The notes under the pieces are model-generated. The model was not told the DNA's origin and searched no databases. It saw only the letters and a program-made list of their open reading frames with translations. Source: an uncultured Clostridia bacterium (GTDB taxonomy: Bacteria > Bacillota > Clostridia > TANB77 > CAG-508). From it: DNA of 41,803 bases. The first letter of the stretch is position 1. Every line of letters begins with the position of its first letter. The stretch lies in the NCBI GenBank assembly GCA_947624925.1, contig CANQMG010000002.1, positions 1-41,803 on the forward strand, in the 5' to 3' direction. Below, one piece after another: positions 21,211 through 30,954 of this stretch. The position numbers were made by a program, and so were the translations under genes.

Positions 21211-22857
21211 TTATATACATCTTTCTAATCTTTTTTTAACAGTATCTTCTCCTAAAACTTGCATTATTTCATACATATCTGGAGTATTACATCTACCAGT
21301 AAGAACAATTCTTAATACAGTGCTTATATCTCCTACATGTCCTTTATATTTTTCTGGATTTTGTTTATATTCTTTTACTTCACTTGCATATCCTAATTCA
21401 CTTGATAAATTTTTTATTTTATTAAACCAAGTCTGTTTATCATCTTTAATGTCAAAATATTTTTCTAAATATAATTTCAATATTTTATTAATTTCATTTT
21501 TATCGTTTATTTTTTGAAATTCTAAATTATCTTTTATATTTTCAAATTTATCATTATACATATATAATATATTATCTTTTACATCTGACCACTTTGATAT
21601 ATCTTTTCTTGGTTTTATACCCTGTCTTTCTATTCCTAATACTTTTAAAGAATATTCTTTATCATCTAACATCTCTTTTAATTCTTTATCATATGTTTTT
21701 GCCCATTCATATACATTATTATATAAATCTTCTGCATTAAGTTTAGATATAATATTTTTAGAAACATCTAACATTTTTACCATATCAAATAAAGCACCAG
21801 AAACTCCCATTTTACTTATTTGAAAATCGAATTCCTTAATATCTTTTTCTGGATTTTGCTTTCTCCAAATTTCAAAATTAGAATTTGCAATATTAATTAA
21901 ATATTCTATAACCGCTTCTTTTGGAATTCCAGCTTCTTTATAATATGCTACATTTGACTCTGGATCTTTTCTTTTACTTAATTTTCTTTTTGAATCTCCT
22001 TCTTGCTTCATCATAGGAGCAATATGTGCATATTTAGGTGCTTTAAACCCTAACATAAAAAATAGTTGTAAATGTAAAGGTACTGATGTTAACCATTCGT
22101 CACCTCTAATAACTAAATTAGTACCCATCAAATGATCATCTACTGCATGTGCAAAATGATATGTAGGTAACCCATCAGCTTTAATAATAACAATGTCCTG
22201 ATCATTTTCTGGAAAATCTACATTTCCTTTTATTAGGTCATGATGTTTTATTTTTTTATCTTCTCTTCCTGAAGATTTTAATCTTATTATATAATCAGCA
22301 CCTGATTTTATTTTATCTACAACTTCTTCTATAGATAAATTTCTACATTTTGCCCATACACCATAATATCCAGGTCTAATTTTAGCTTGCTCTTGTTTCT
22401 CTCTCATTTTAGTTAAATCATCTGCAGTACAAAAACAAGGATATGCCAGACCTTTTGCTATTAAACTTTTTGCATATGCCTGATATATTTCCTTTCTTAG
22501 TGATTGCTTATATGGTCCATATTCTCCATAGTTAACATCGTTTTCATCTATATATTCATCAGGTAATAGATTATAATCTTTAAGAGCATCAAATATTTGC
22601 TTTGTTCCATTTTCAACTTCTCTTTTTTGATCGGTATCTTCTATTCTTACAAAAAATACACCATTTGTTTTATTTGCTACAGTCTTAGCAATTAAACTTT
22701 GATAAATTCCACCTATATGAACAAATCCTGTAGGGCTAGGTGCATACCTAGTAACTATAGCATTTTCTGGTAAATCTCTTTTTTTATATTTATTTTCATA
22801 ATATGATACATCTTTAGCATCAGGAAATATCATATTTGCTAAATCATTATAATTCAT
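21211..22857 (-). CDS. gltX: Glutamate--tRNA ligase
   Basis: Class I motifs: PSPTGFVHIGG (HIGH), RIEDTDQKRE and KLSKRK (KMSKS). The start is set at ATG 22857 (MNYNDLANMIFPD) after the SD GGAGGGA. The upstream part of the track ORF overlaps the end of rnj and is not coding. Confidence 0.88.
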   Translation of the reverse strand: MNYNDLANMIFPDAKDVSYYENKYKKRDLPENAIVTRYAPSPTGFVHIGGIYQSLIAKTVANKTNGVFFVRIEDTDQKREVENGTKQIFDALKDYNLLPDEYIDENDVNYGEYGPYKQSLRKEIYQAYAKSLIAKGLAYPCFCTADDLTKMREKQEQAKIRPGYYGVWAKCRNLSIEEVVDKIKSGADYIIRLKSSGREDKKIKHHDLIKGNVDFPENDQDIVIIKADGLPTYHFAHAVDDHLMGTNLVIRGDEWLTSVPLHLQLFFMLGFKAPKYAHIAPMMKQEGDSKRKLSKRKDPESNVAYYKEAGIPKEAVIEYLINIANSNFEIWRKQNPEKDIKEFDFQISKMGVSGALFDMVKMLDVSKNIISKLNAEDLYNNVYEWAKTYDKELKEMLDDKEYSLKVLGIERQGIKPRKDISKWSDVKDNILYMYNDKFENIKDNLEFQKINDKNEINKILKLYLEKYFDIKDDKQTWFNKIKNLSSELGYASEVKEYKQNPEKYKGHVGDISTVLRIVLTGRCNTPDMYEIMQVLGEDTVKKRLERCI

Positions 22858-22871
22858 ACTCTTCCCTCCAA

Positions 22872-24713
22872 TTATATATCCATTATAATAGGCAGTAACA
22901 TAGGATTTCTCTTCGTTTTTTGATAAATATATTCCTTTAATGTCTCCTTCAAGTTTGATTTTATAACAGCCCATTCAGTTATATGTTGTTCTTCACATTT
23001 ACGTAGTTCTTCTTTAACGATTTTCTTTACATAATCCATTAAATTTTCGGATTCTTTAACATAAACAAAACCTCTTGAAATAACATCAGGTCCAGCAACA
23101 ATTTCTCCTGTATGTGAATCCATTGTTAAAACTATTATTATAAGTCCGTCTTGTGAAAGATGTTGTCTATCTCTTAATACAACGTTTCCTACATCTCCAA
23201 TTCCTAAGCCATCAACTAAGATTTTACCAGATGTAACAGTTCCAGTCAACTTTGCATTATTTTCATCTATTTCCATTACTCTACCATTATTCATAATAAA
23301 TATATTTTGTGGACTCATTCCTAACTTAACAGCAGTCTGAGCATGAGCCATCAGTTGTCTATATTCGCCATGAACAGGTATAAAATATTTTGGTTTTACC
23401 AATGATAATATTAATTTTTGTTCTTCTTGACATGCATGCCCAGACACGTGTACATCTGCTAGTGAACTATATACTACTTCTGCACCTATTTGCATTAAAT
23501 CATCAATAACTTTTGATACTAATTTTTCATTTCCAGGTATTGGATTTGCTGAAATAATAACTAAATCATTTGGAGTTATTTCTACTTTTCTATGCTCTCC
23601 TGATGCCATTCTCGTTAAAGCAGACATAGCTTCACCTTGGCTTCCTGTAGTTAATATTACTAATTGTTCATCTACATATTCTTTTATCATATCAATATCT
23701 ATAAATGTATTTTCTGGAACATTAATATATCCAAGTTCTATAGCTGTTTTTATTACATTTATCATACTTCTACCACAAACAGATATCTTCCTACCATATT
23801 TTACTGCAGAGTTAACTATTTGTTGTATTCTGTGAATATTTGAGGCAAAAGTTGCAACTACTATTCTTTTAGTACAATTCATAAATAATTTATCAAAAAC
23901 TTCTCCTACTGAACTCTCTGACATAGTATAACCTTTTCTCTCTGAATTTGTACTATCAGACATAAGAGCAAGTACACCTTTATTTCCTATTTCTGCAATT
24001 CTACCTAAATCTATTCTTTCTTTGTCAATTGGTGTATAATCTATTTTGAAATCTCCTGTATGAAATATAGTTCCAACTGGAGTATATATAGCTAACATTA
24101 CAGAATCTGGTATACTATGAGAGCCTCTTATAAATTCAACCTTAATCTTTCCTAAATTAATTTTTTCTCCTTGTTTTACTTCTTTAAGTTTTGTACTATT
24201 TAATAATTTATGTTCTTCTAATTTATTCTTTATTAATCCTGCTGTCAGTCTTGTGGCATAAATAGGTACATTTATTTGTTTTAAAAAATATGGTATAGCC
24301 CCTATATGATCTTCATGCCCATGAGTTATTACTAAACCTCTAATCTTATTTTTGTTTCTTTCTAAATAGGTAACATCTGGAATAACTAAATCTACTCCAA
24401 GCATATCATCTTCTGGAAAGGCTAATCCACAATCAACAATTATAATATCATTTTCATATTCGAATACAGTAATATTTTTACCAACTTCTAATAGTCCACC
24501 TAATGGTATTATTTTTAGTGGACTTTTTTTAAATTTAACATCTAAATCTACCTTTTTATTATTTTTTACTCCTCTGCTATTTTCTTTTTTTATTATATTT
24601 TCACTTTCAGGTATAATTTTAACTTGCTTTCTCCTTTTTCTTTCTCTGTTATAATTATTCTTTTTCTCTAACTTATTTTCTGAAGTTTCGTTTGCATTTA
24701 ATTCATTTTCCAT
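22872..24713 (-). CDS. rnj: Ribonuclease J
   Basis: Metallo-beta-lactamase motif ITHGHEDHIGAIPY within beta-CASP architecture, plus a basic N-terminal extension. The start is set at ATG 24713, 7 nt after the SD GAGGAG. Confidence 0.92.
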   Translation of the reverse strand: MENELNANETSENKLEKKNNYNRERKRRKQVKIIPESENIIKKENSRGVKNNKKVDLDVKFKKSPLKIIPLGGLLEVGKNITVFEYENDIIIVDCGLAFPEDDMLGVDLVIPDVTYLERNKNKIRGLVITHGHEDHIGAIPYFLKQINVPIYATRLTAGLIKNKLEEHKLLNSTKLKEVKQGEKINLGKIKVEFIRGSHSIPDSVMLAIYTPVGTIFHTGDFKIDYTPIDKERIDLGRIAEIGNKGVLALMSDSTNSERKGYTMSESSVGEVFDKLFMNCTKRIVVATFASNIHRIQQIVNSAVKYGRKISVCGRSMINVIKTAIELGYINVPENTFIDIDMIKEYVDEQLVILTTGSQGEAMSALTRMASGEHRKVEITPNDLVIISANPIPGNEKLVSKVIDDLMQIGAEVVYSSLADVHVSGHACQEEQKLILSLVKPKYFIPVHGEYRQLMAHAQTAVKLGMSPQNIFIMNNGRVMEIDENNAKLTGTVTSGKILVDGLGIGDVGNVVLRDRQHLSQDGLIIIVLTMDSHTGEIVAGPDVISRGFVYVKESENLMDYVKKIVKEELRKCEEQHITEWAVIKSNLKETLKEYIYQKTKRNPMLLPIIMDI

Positions 24714-24825
24714 TATTAATCTCCTCATTTATCATAATTAAGTTTATACAAATATAATATAATTCATAATAATATTTCCAAAAATTATCACAATATAAAT
24801 AAAATTATTTCTCCAACAACAAAAA

Positions 24826-24856
24826 GTTTTATGTATAAAATTCCAATACATAAAAC
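24826..24856 (-). terminator. Terminator downstream of the YcxB-like gene and the yraN relic
   Basis: GTTTTATGTAT-loop-ATACATAAAAC. On the minus strand it is followed by UUUUUGUUG. Confidence 0.6.
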
Positions 24857-24996
24857 AATAGTATAAATACTACTATATTTATATAAATTAAATCTCATTT
24901 TTTACCAATATAGGTAACATCTATTATTAGTATACACTCTGTTTTAAGAAAAGTCAAGAAATTTATAATAACACAAATTAGTATATAAACTATTTT

Positions 24997-25035
24997 TATA
25001 GCTTTTTTGATATGATTAATTATATACTTATTATT
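24997..25035 (-). other. Relic duplicate of the yraN 3' end (13 codons)
   Basis: The minus strand reads AAT AAT AAG TAT ATA ATT AAT CAT ATC AAA AAA GCT ATA = NNKYIINHIKKAI, identical in protein to the yraN C-terminus encoded at 25656..25694. Identity is 35/39 nt and all 4 differences are synonymous. It is preceded by a stop and has no start codon. Confidence 0.8.
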
Positions 25036-25066
25036 TTATATCATAAGATAAACAATATTTAGTTTC

Positions 25067-25570
25067 TTACCACAAAATATATTTTTTTCTTTTTATAAAT
25101 CTATAAAAATCTTCGGTATTTCCTTGTGAAAATCCATCTTTTGATAATATAAAAGAATGCATTTTATCAATATATAAATAAAAAAAATTTTCTGTTTCAT
25201 ATATTCTTTTTATTTTATAATATTTAATAGTTTCTGATTGCAACTTATCTCTTATTTTAAAATATTTTTCGTAAAATACAAATTTAAATTCTTTTTCTTT
25301 TGCTATTGGTTCTTTTTTTAATTCTTTTTTTATAATATTTTCTTGTGATTTAATTCTATAAATTACAAAGAAAATTCCAATTATTAGAAGTAAAATCATC
25401 AATCTCCAATTAAAATATACAATATTAATTATTAGAATATATAAAATAACAATCAAAACAAGTGCAGTATTAAACCAATATTTTTTTCCAAACTTTTTAT
25501 TATGAAATTCTAAAAAATCAAAGTATACTTTTTTTGTATATTTCGTTGTATTACTAAATAATATTTTCAT
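25067..25570 (-). CDS. YcxB-like membrane protein
   Basis: Two central TM helices (WFNTALVLIVILYILIINIVYF / LMILLLIIGIFFVIY) are flanked by soluble segments, as in YcxB-family proteins. The start is set at ATG 25570 after the SD AGGAG. Confidence 0.55.
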   Translation of the reverse strand: MKILFSNTTKYTKKVYFDFLEFHNKKFGKKYWFNTALVLIVILYILIINIVYFNWRLMILLLIIGIFFVIYRIKSQENIIKKELKKEPIAKEKEFKFVFYEKYFKIRDKLQSETIKYYKIKRIYETENFFYLYIDKMHSFILSKDGFSQGNTEDFYRFIKRKKYILW

Positions 25571-25584
25571 ATTTACTCCTAAAA

Positions 25585-25614
25585 AAATTTGTGTTTTAAT
25601 TATAACACAAATTT
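25585..25614 (-). terminator. Terminator hairpin after yraN
   Basis: AAATTTGTGTT-loop-AACACAAATTT. On the minus strand it is followed by UUUU and then directly by the SD of the YcxB-like gene. Confidence 0.6.
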
Positions 25615-25640
25615 CATAGCCAGGCAAATATAATTTAATT

Positions 25641-26006
25641 TTACTTTCTTTCAGTTATAGCTTTTTTTATATGATTAATTATGTATTTGTTATTTTTTTT
25701 ATAAACTTCAATTACATCAAATCTTATTTTCTCATTTTCTAAATTTCTAATATAAACATAATATTCAGCAGCCTTATATATATGTTTTTTCTTAACCTCA
25801 TCTACCGCTTCTGATGGTCTTCCATATATAGCACTACTTCTAGTTTTTACTTCAATAAAAACCAATTCCTCATTATCAATTGCAATAATATCTATTTCTC
25901 CCCTTTTGCATTCGAAATTACGCTCTAAAATTTTATAATTTATACTAGATAGATATTTAGATGCTATGTCCTCTCCTATTTTACCTGTTTCATGTCTTTC
26001 ATACAT
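25641..26006 (-). CDS. yraN: YraN family (UPF0102) endonuclease-like protein
   Basis: GKIGEDIASKYL...RGEIDIIA...LVFIEVKTR pattern; 121 aa. Confidence 0.85.
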   Translation of the reverse strand: MYERHETGKIGEDIASKYLSSINYKILERNFECKRGEIDIIAIDNEELVFIEVKTRSSAIYGRPSEAVDEVKKKHIYKAAEYYVYIRNLENEKIRFDVIEVYKKNNKYIINHIKKAITERK

Positions 26007-26009
26007 ATT

Positions 26010-26861
26010 TTACCTTACTTTCTCAAAGCTTCCACTTTGTACTTGTTTTATATAACCTTCTATTTCTAACATTGTAATTATTGAATTTACTTTTACTATA
26101 CTTAAGTTTGTTTTTTTACATATTTCATTTATATTAGTAGGCTCTTGCTCAATCGAATTATAAATTAATAAACTATCTCCTACTAGATTAATATTCTCTT
26201 TTTTTGTATCATTATTTATATAATCCAAAATATTCTCATAACACAATGCTATTTTTGCACCTTCTGATATCATTTTATTTGTTCCATATCCCGCTTTACT
26301 GCCTAGATTACTTGGTATACAAAACACTTCTTTTCCTTGTTCTTTTGCATATTTGGCAGTTATAGTTGTACCACTTCTATGTTTTGCCTCAACCACAAGT
26401 AATGCCTTACTCAAACCACTTATTATTCTGTTTCTCTTTGGAAAAGTATAAGAATTTGCTTCTACATCAAGTTCATATTCAGAAATAATACATCCATCAT
26501 TTTTTAATATTGAATAAAATAGATTTTCATTTTCTGTTGGAAAAATTTTATTAAAACCTCCACCTAATACAGCTATTGTTTTTCCTTTTTCATCTTTTGC
26601 ACCAATATGTGCAGCAGAATCTATTCCTAGTGCCATTCCACTAACTATACATATATCATTTTTAGAAAGTTCATTTGAAAATTTATATGCTTGATACCAC
26701 CCATATTCTGTACATTCTCTTGAGCCAACAATTCCTACAGATGTTTTATTTAGTAACTCAATATTACCCAAAGCATAAAGTTTTTCTGGGGCATCTTCTA
26801 TTTTTAATAATTTTTTAGGATATTCTTTATTATTCTTTTCTAAAATTATAATCTCTTTCAT
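26010..26861 (-). CDS. dprA: DNA-processing protein DprA
   Basis: GSRECTEYG...IVSGMALGIDSAAH...NRIISGLS motifs. The start is set at ATG 26861 after the SD AGAGGA. The track ORF starts at a TTG that overlaps the end of comM. Confidence 0.88.
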   Translation of the reverse strand: MKEIIILEKNNKEYPKKLLKIEDAPEKLYALGNIELLNKTSVGIVGSRECTEYGWYQAYKFSNELSKNDICIVSGMALGIDSAAHIGAKDEKGKTIAVLGGGFNKIFPTENENLFYSILKNDGCIISEYELDVEANSYTFPKRNRIISGLSKALLVVEAKHRSGTTITAKYAKEQGKEVFCIPSNLGSKAGYGTNKMISEGAKIALCYENILDYINNDTKKENINLVGDSLLIYNSIEQEPTNINEICKKTNLSIVKVNSIITMLEIEGYIKQVQSGSFEKVR

Positions 26862-26869
26862 TATTTCCT

Positions 26870-28406
26870 CTAATTGTTCCAATATTTTTTATCTAAGCTT
26901 CTATACTGTATTGCTTCTGTTATATGTTCTTGTTTTATATTTTCTTCTCCTTCTAAATCTGCAATAGTTCTTGCAACTTTTAAAATTCTTCCATGAGCTC
27001 TTGCACTAAGTCCTAACTTATTAAATGCTATTTGAAGAATTTGTTTACTTTTATTATCTAATTTACAATATTTTTCTATAAGTTTTGGAGTTAGCTCAGA
27101 ATTAGAAAAAATTTTTTCATCTTTATACCTATTTTGTTGTATTTTTCTAGCAAAATTTACTCTTTTCTTTATTTCTTTTGAAGTTTCAATTCTTTCATTA
27201 CTTTCTAGTTTATTATATTTAACAGGGACTACCTCTATTTGTATATCAATTCTATCTAATAATGGACCACTAATCTTTCCCATATATTTTGATATCATTT
27301 GAGGAGTACACGTACATTGCTTATCTTTTGAGCCATAAAATCCACAAGGACAAGGATTCATAGATGCAACAAACATAAAATTACAAGGATATGTTAATGT
27401 TGCATTTACTCTACTTATTGTTACAACACCATCTTCTAATGGTCCTCTCATAACTTCTAAAGTATTTTTTTGAAACTCTGGAAGTTCATCTAAAAATAAA
27501 ACACCATAATGAGAAAGACTAATCTCTCCTGGTTTTGGAATTCTTCCTCCTCCAATTAAAGAAGTTCCAGAAACAGTATGATGAGGAGCTCTAAATGGTC
27601 TAGTTGTAATAAGAGGTGTATCCTTTTTTAAAATTCCTGCTATACTATGAATTTTTGTTATCTCTAGGGCTTCTTCAAAGCTTAAATTTGGCAATATAGT
27701 TGGTATCCTTCTTGCCATCATTGTTTTGCCGTGATCCAGGACTTCCAATAAGTAGGCAATTATGGCCTCCTGCAGCAGCAATTTCTAATGCTCTTTTTAC
27801 ATTTTCTTGTCCTTTTACTTCTGAAAAATCAAATAAAGTATTTTCATTATTCTCAAATATTTTTTCTATATCAATTTCGCACTTTTTTATTTGTATCTCA
27901 CCATTTAAATATTGGACAACTTGCTTTAAATTAGAAACACCTATTATTTCTAACCCCTTTACAATAGAAGCTTCTTTAGCATTTTGCTCTGGAACAATAA
28001 CTTTTTTAATTCCAAGTCTTTTGGCTTCTATGCACATAGGAAGTACCCCATTTACTCTATTAATTTTTCCATCTAAAGACATTTCACCAATAAAAACAGT
28101 ATCATCTATTTTTTTATTTTCTATTTCGCCTAAATCTATTAATATTCCTACTGCAATTGGTAAGTCGAAAATAGAGCCTTCTTTTTTTATATCAGCTGGG
28201 GCTAGATTAACAATAATTTTTCTGCTAAAAATTTCATATCCACTATTTTTTATTGCTGTTTTAACCCTTTCTTTTGCCTCTCTTATACTTGTATCTGGGA
28301 GTCCAACAATTTCAAAACTAGGAAGTCCATTAGCTACATCTATTTGCACTTCAATAAGATATCCCTCTAAACCATTTAGAGCCATACTTTTTATAATTGA
28401 TAACAT
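26870..28406 (-). pseudogene. comM: ComM/YifB (Mg-chelatase-like AAA+) gene, frameshifted inside the Walker A motif
   Basis: Track ORFs 27675..28415 (N-terminal domain, ending ...[12 protein letters not shown]...) and 26870..27781 (...[24 protein letters not shown]...) overlap. Removing one base (plus-strand G27731, a C on the coding strand) gives GGA AGT CCT GGA TCA GGC AAA ACA ATG = GSPGSGKTM, a canonical P-loop. The true start is probably ATG 28406 after the SD AAGGTGG. Confidence 0.85.
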
Positions 28407-28484
28407 ATTTACCACCTTTATTAAATTCTTGGGAATTTTTTTAGATTATTTATAGAAATAATTTATCTTTGATATTTCATAAAC

Positions 28485-28507
28485 TAGGCAGGCACATAAC
28501 CTGCCTA
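28485..28507. terminator. Terminator-like hairpin between the SDR gene and comM
   Basis: TAGGCAGG-CACATAA-CCTGCCTA. The T-run lies on the plus-strand side, and the minus-strand side is only moderately U-rich. Confidence 0.4.
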
Positions 28508-28617
28508 AATTTTTAAAATTTTAGCATATGAATAAAATAACTTTGAATTAATTTTAATCTATTTTATAATTAATAATTATAAATTTCAACAAAAATCGTA
28601 TGTCAAATTTCGACATT

Positions 28618-29361
28618 TTACTTCCTTCGTTTTTGTATTTTATATGCAATCTTGGCTAAAATTGAATCTGGAACAAGCTTTGAACCTCTTATTCCAAGTT
28701 TTATATCAATTCCTGGTATTATAAGAAATTTATTTTTCATTATTCCTTTTACTGCGCATTTTGCTACATACTCACTATTTCTAGTTTTTAAACTAAACTT
28801 TACATTTGCATTTTTAAAAAAATTTGTAGCTGTTGGTCCTGGACACAAAAGGCCAACTTTTACATTAGATTTCTCTTTTTTTAATTCTTCTTTTATAGCT
28901 TGTGTTAATCTAACAATATAGGATTTTGTGGAATAATAAGTTGCCATTAATGGTCCAGGCAAAAATCCAGCAATTGATGCAACATTTAAAATATAGCCTT
29001 TATCCTTTTCCTTCATATCTTTTAAATATAATTTAGTTAAAATATGAACAGCTGTTATATTAGTTTTAATCATATTTAATTCGCTTTGTAAATCTGTTTG
29101 CGTAAAATTACCAAACAAACCAAATCCTGCGTTATTTACTAAAATATCAACATCTTTTGCAATTTCATGTAATTTTATACAATTTTCTTCTATACTTAAA
29201 TCCATTGAAACCACTTGTGTTTTACATTTTAAGCTTTCTTTTAATTCATTTAATTTTTCCTCATCTCTTGCTACTAATATCAATTCATTATCTTCATTTG
29301 CAAATTCTCTTGCAATATCTCTTCCAATACCAGAAGATGCTCCTGTAATTAAAATCTTCAT
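28618..29361 (-). CDS. SDR family oxidoreductase
   Basis: TGASSGIG cofactor motif, NNAG and the YSTK catalytic motif; 247 aa. Confidence 0.9.
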   Translation of the reverse strand: MKILITGASSGIGRDIAREFANEDNELILVARDEEKLNELKESLKCKTQVVSMDLSIEENCIKLHEIAKDVDILVNNAGFGLFGNFTQTDLQSELNMIKTNITAVHILTKLYLKDMKEKDKGYILNVASIAGFLPGPLMATYYSTKSYIVRLTQAIKEELKKEKSNVKVGLLCPGPTATNFFKNANVKFSLKTRNSEYVAKCAVKGIMKNKFLIIPGIDIKLGIRGSKLVPDSILAKIAYKIQKRRK

Positions 29362-29469
29362 TTATATTCTCCTCACATAACAATTTTATAAAATACATAT
29401 TTATTTTTTTATCTTTTTAAAATCATTTTCTTTTTTACCAGATAATAGTTTTAGATAATAATTTTTACT

Positions 29470-30948
29470 TTATTTTTTCCTATCTATCTCAAAATAAAAT
29501 TCTACTCCATTTTCTTTGTTTTGAACACCAAATTTGTTATTATAATTATTCATTATAGCTTTTACAATTGATAATCCAATTCCACTACCGCCATTATCTC
29601 TATTTCTAGATTCATCTACCTTATAAAATCTATTCCATATTCGTTCTAAGTTTTCTTCTTTTATATTATCTCCCGTATTAAATATACTTACCCTAACTTT
29701 ATTATCATCTGTTTCTTTTATCTGTATAATTATTTGTTTAATATTATCTATCTCTTTTACATTTTTTATTGCATTAGTTAAATAATTTACAATAACTTGA
29801 CTAATATAAAATTCATCTGCATATACATTTACTATATCATTTCCTATAATTTTTACATTAATATTATTCTCATCTAAAATTAGCTTACATTTTCTTAGTT
29901 CTTCTTTTATAAGTTCAACTATATTAAATTCTTTATTATTAAATTCCATTTTTCCATATTCTAATTTTGTAAGCTCTAAAAGTCTTTTTACTAATGAATC
30001 CATTCTATTTGCTTCATCAATAATTACTTCTGCGTAAAATTTTCTGCTTTCTTCATCTGTATTAACATTTTCAAGTAAACCCTCCGCATATCCTTGAATT
30101 AGAGATATAGGTGTTTTTAATTCATGTGATACATCAGAAATAAATTGCTTTCTCATTTCATCTATCTTAGATTTTTTTTCTATATCTTTTTCTAATTCTA
30201 TATTATTCTTTTTAAGCTTATTTATTGTTGTTTCTAATTCTACAGACATTTTGTTTATACTTAAACCTAAATCGTTTAACTCATCATCATTATTTTTCAC
30301 TTCATATTTTTGACTAAAATCTAGTTTAGACATTTTATTTGCTATAGAACTTAATTCTTTTATTGGTTTCGTAAATTTAACAGATATTATTAAAGCTCCT
30401 ATTCCACTTACGAAAATAGTAATTAAACCTATTATAGTTATATAATTATTAGAAATTTTTGTATTTTCTATTAATGAAGACTCTGGCATTCTTATATATA
30501 ATAAATAACCATTATCTAGCTTACTAGTCATAAATATAAACTGTAATCCATTATTAGTATCCATAACTTTAGTAATACTAATTTTATCATTATAATATAC
30601 TATTTTTCCTTCATGTTTTTCTCTTACATCCTTTACCATTGAGAAAAAATCTCTATTTAATGAATATACACTTATATTGTTATCAGATTTTACTAAAATA
30701 TCAAAATTGTTATTTATAGCAATTTTTTCTAATTCTAATTCTATATCTATATTTGAACTATTATTATAATAATTATTTATAGTTTCATATGTTTCTATTA
30801 ACTTTTTCTGCTTAGAATATAAATAATATTTTTCAATAACAAAATTACTTAATATTACTAAAAGAATAATTATTAAACTAAGAGTTACACATATAATTAA
30901 AAATAATTTTAGTTTAATTGAATGAAATATTTTTTTATCATTTTTCAC
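29470..30948 (-). CDS. Sensor histidine kinase (two TM helices, HAMP, HisKA, HATPase)
   Basis: H-box SHELKTP, N-box, and G-box DNGGSGIGLSIVK. GTG start lies 9 nt after GGAG, immediately downstream of the response regulator gene. Confidence 0.9.
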   Translation of the reverse strand: MKNDKKIFHSIKLKLFLIICVTLSLIIILLVILSNFVIEKYYLYSKQKKLIETYETINNYYNNSSNIDIELELEKIAINNNFDILVKSDNNISVYSLNRDFFSMVKDVREKHEGKIVYYNDKISITKVMDTNNGLQFIFMTSKLDNGYLLYIRMPESSLIENTKISNNYITIIGLITIFVSGIGALIISVKFTKPIKELSSIANKMSKLDFSQKYEVKNNDDELNDLGLSINKMSVELETTINKLKKNNIELEKDIEKKSKIDEMRKQFISDVSHELKTPISLIQGYAEGLLENVNTDEESRKFYAEVIIDEANRMDSLVKRLLELTKLEYGKMEFNNKEFNIVELIKEELRKCKLILDENNINVKIIGNDIVNVYADEFYISQVIVNYLTNAIKNVKEIDNIKQIIIQIKETDDNKVRVSIFNTGDNIKEENLERIWNRFYKVDESRNRDNGGSGIGLSIVKAIMNNYNNKFGVQNKENGVEFYFEIDRKK

Positions 30949-30954
30949 TTTCTT

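Noticed and set aside
22858-22974. N-terminal 39-aa extension of the gltX ORF, overlapping the end of rnj
   Set aside because: There is no SD. The real start at 22857 has GGAGGGA upstream and begins the conserved N-terminus. The extension is simply an open frame across the rnj 3' end. The same logic trims the track starts of dnaJ, groES, rnj, veg, yunB, dprA, comM, DUF951, rny and the YcxB-like gene.
24729-25066. Riboswitch or T-box leader in the 338-bp region upstream of rnj, or upstream of gltX
   Set aside because: No specifier or T-box (AGGGUGGNACCGCG-like) sequence and no conserved riboswitch core was recognised. The region is explained by the yraN relic, a terminator and an AT-rich promoter. 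gltX starts only 14 nt after rnj, so it has no leader.
27700-28455. 251-aa plus-strand ORF, the longest non-annotated ORF in the track
   Set aside because: It lies entirely antisense to the well-conserved ComM N-terminal domain. It has no SD, and its F/S/I/L-rich low-complexity translation is typical of the reverse frame of an AT-rich gene. In this frame, antisense stops arise only at sense Tyr/His/Gln codons preceded by particular third bases, and those combinations happen to be absent here.
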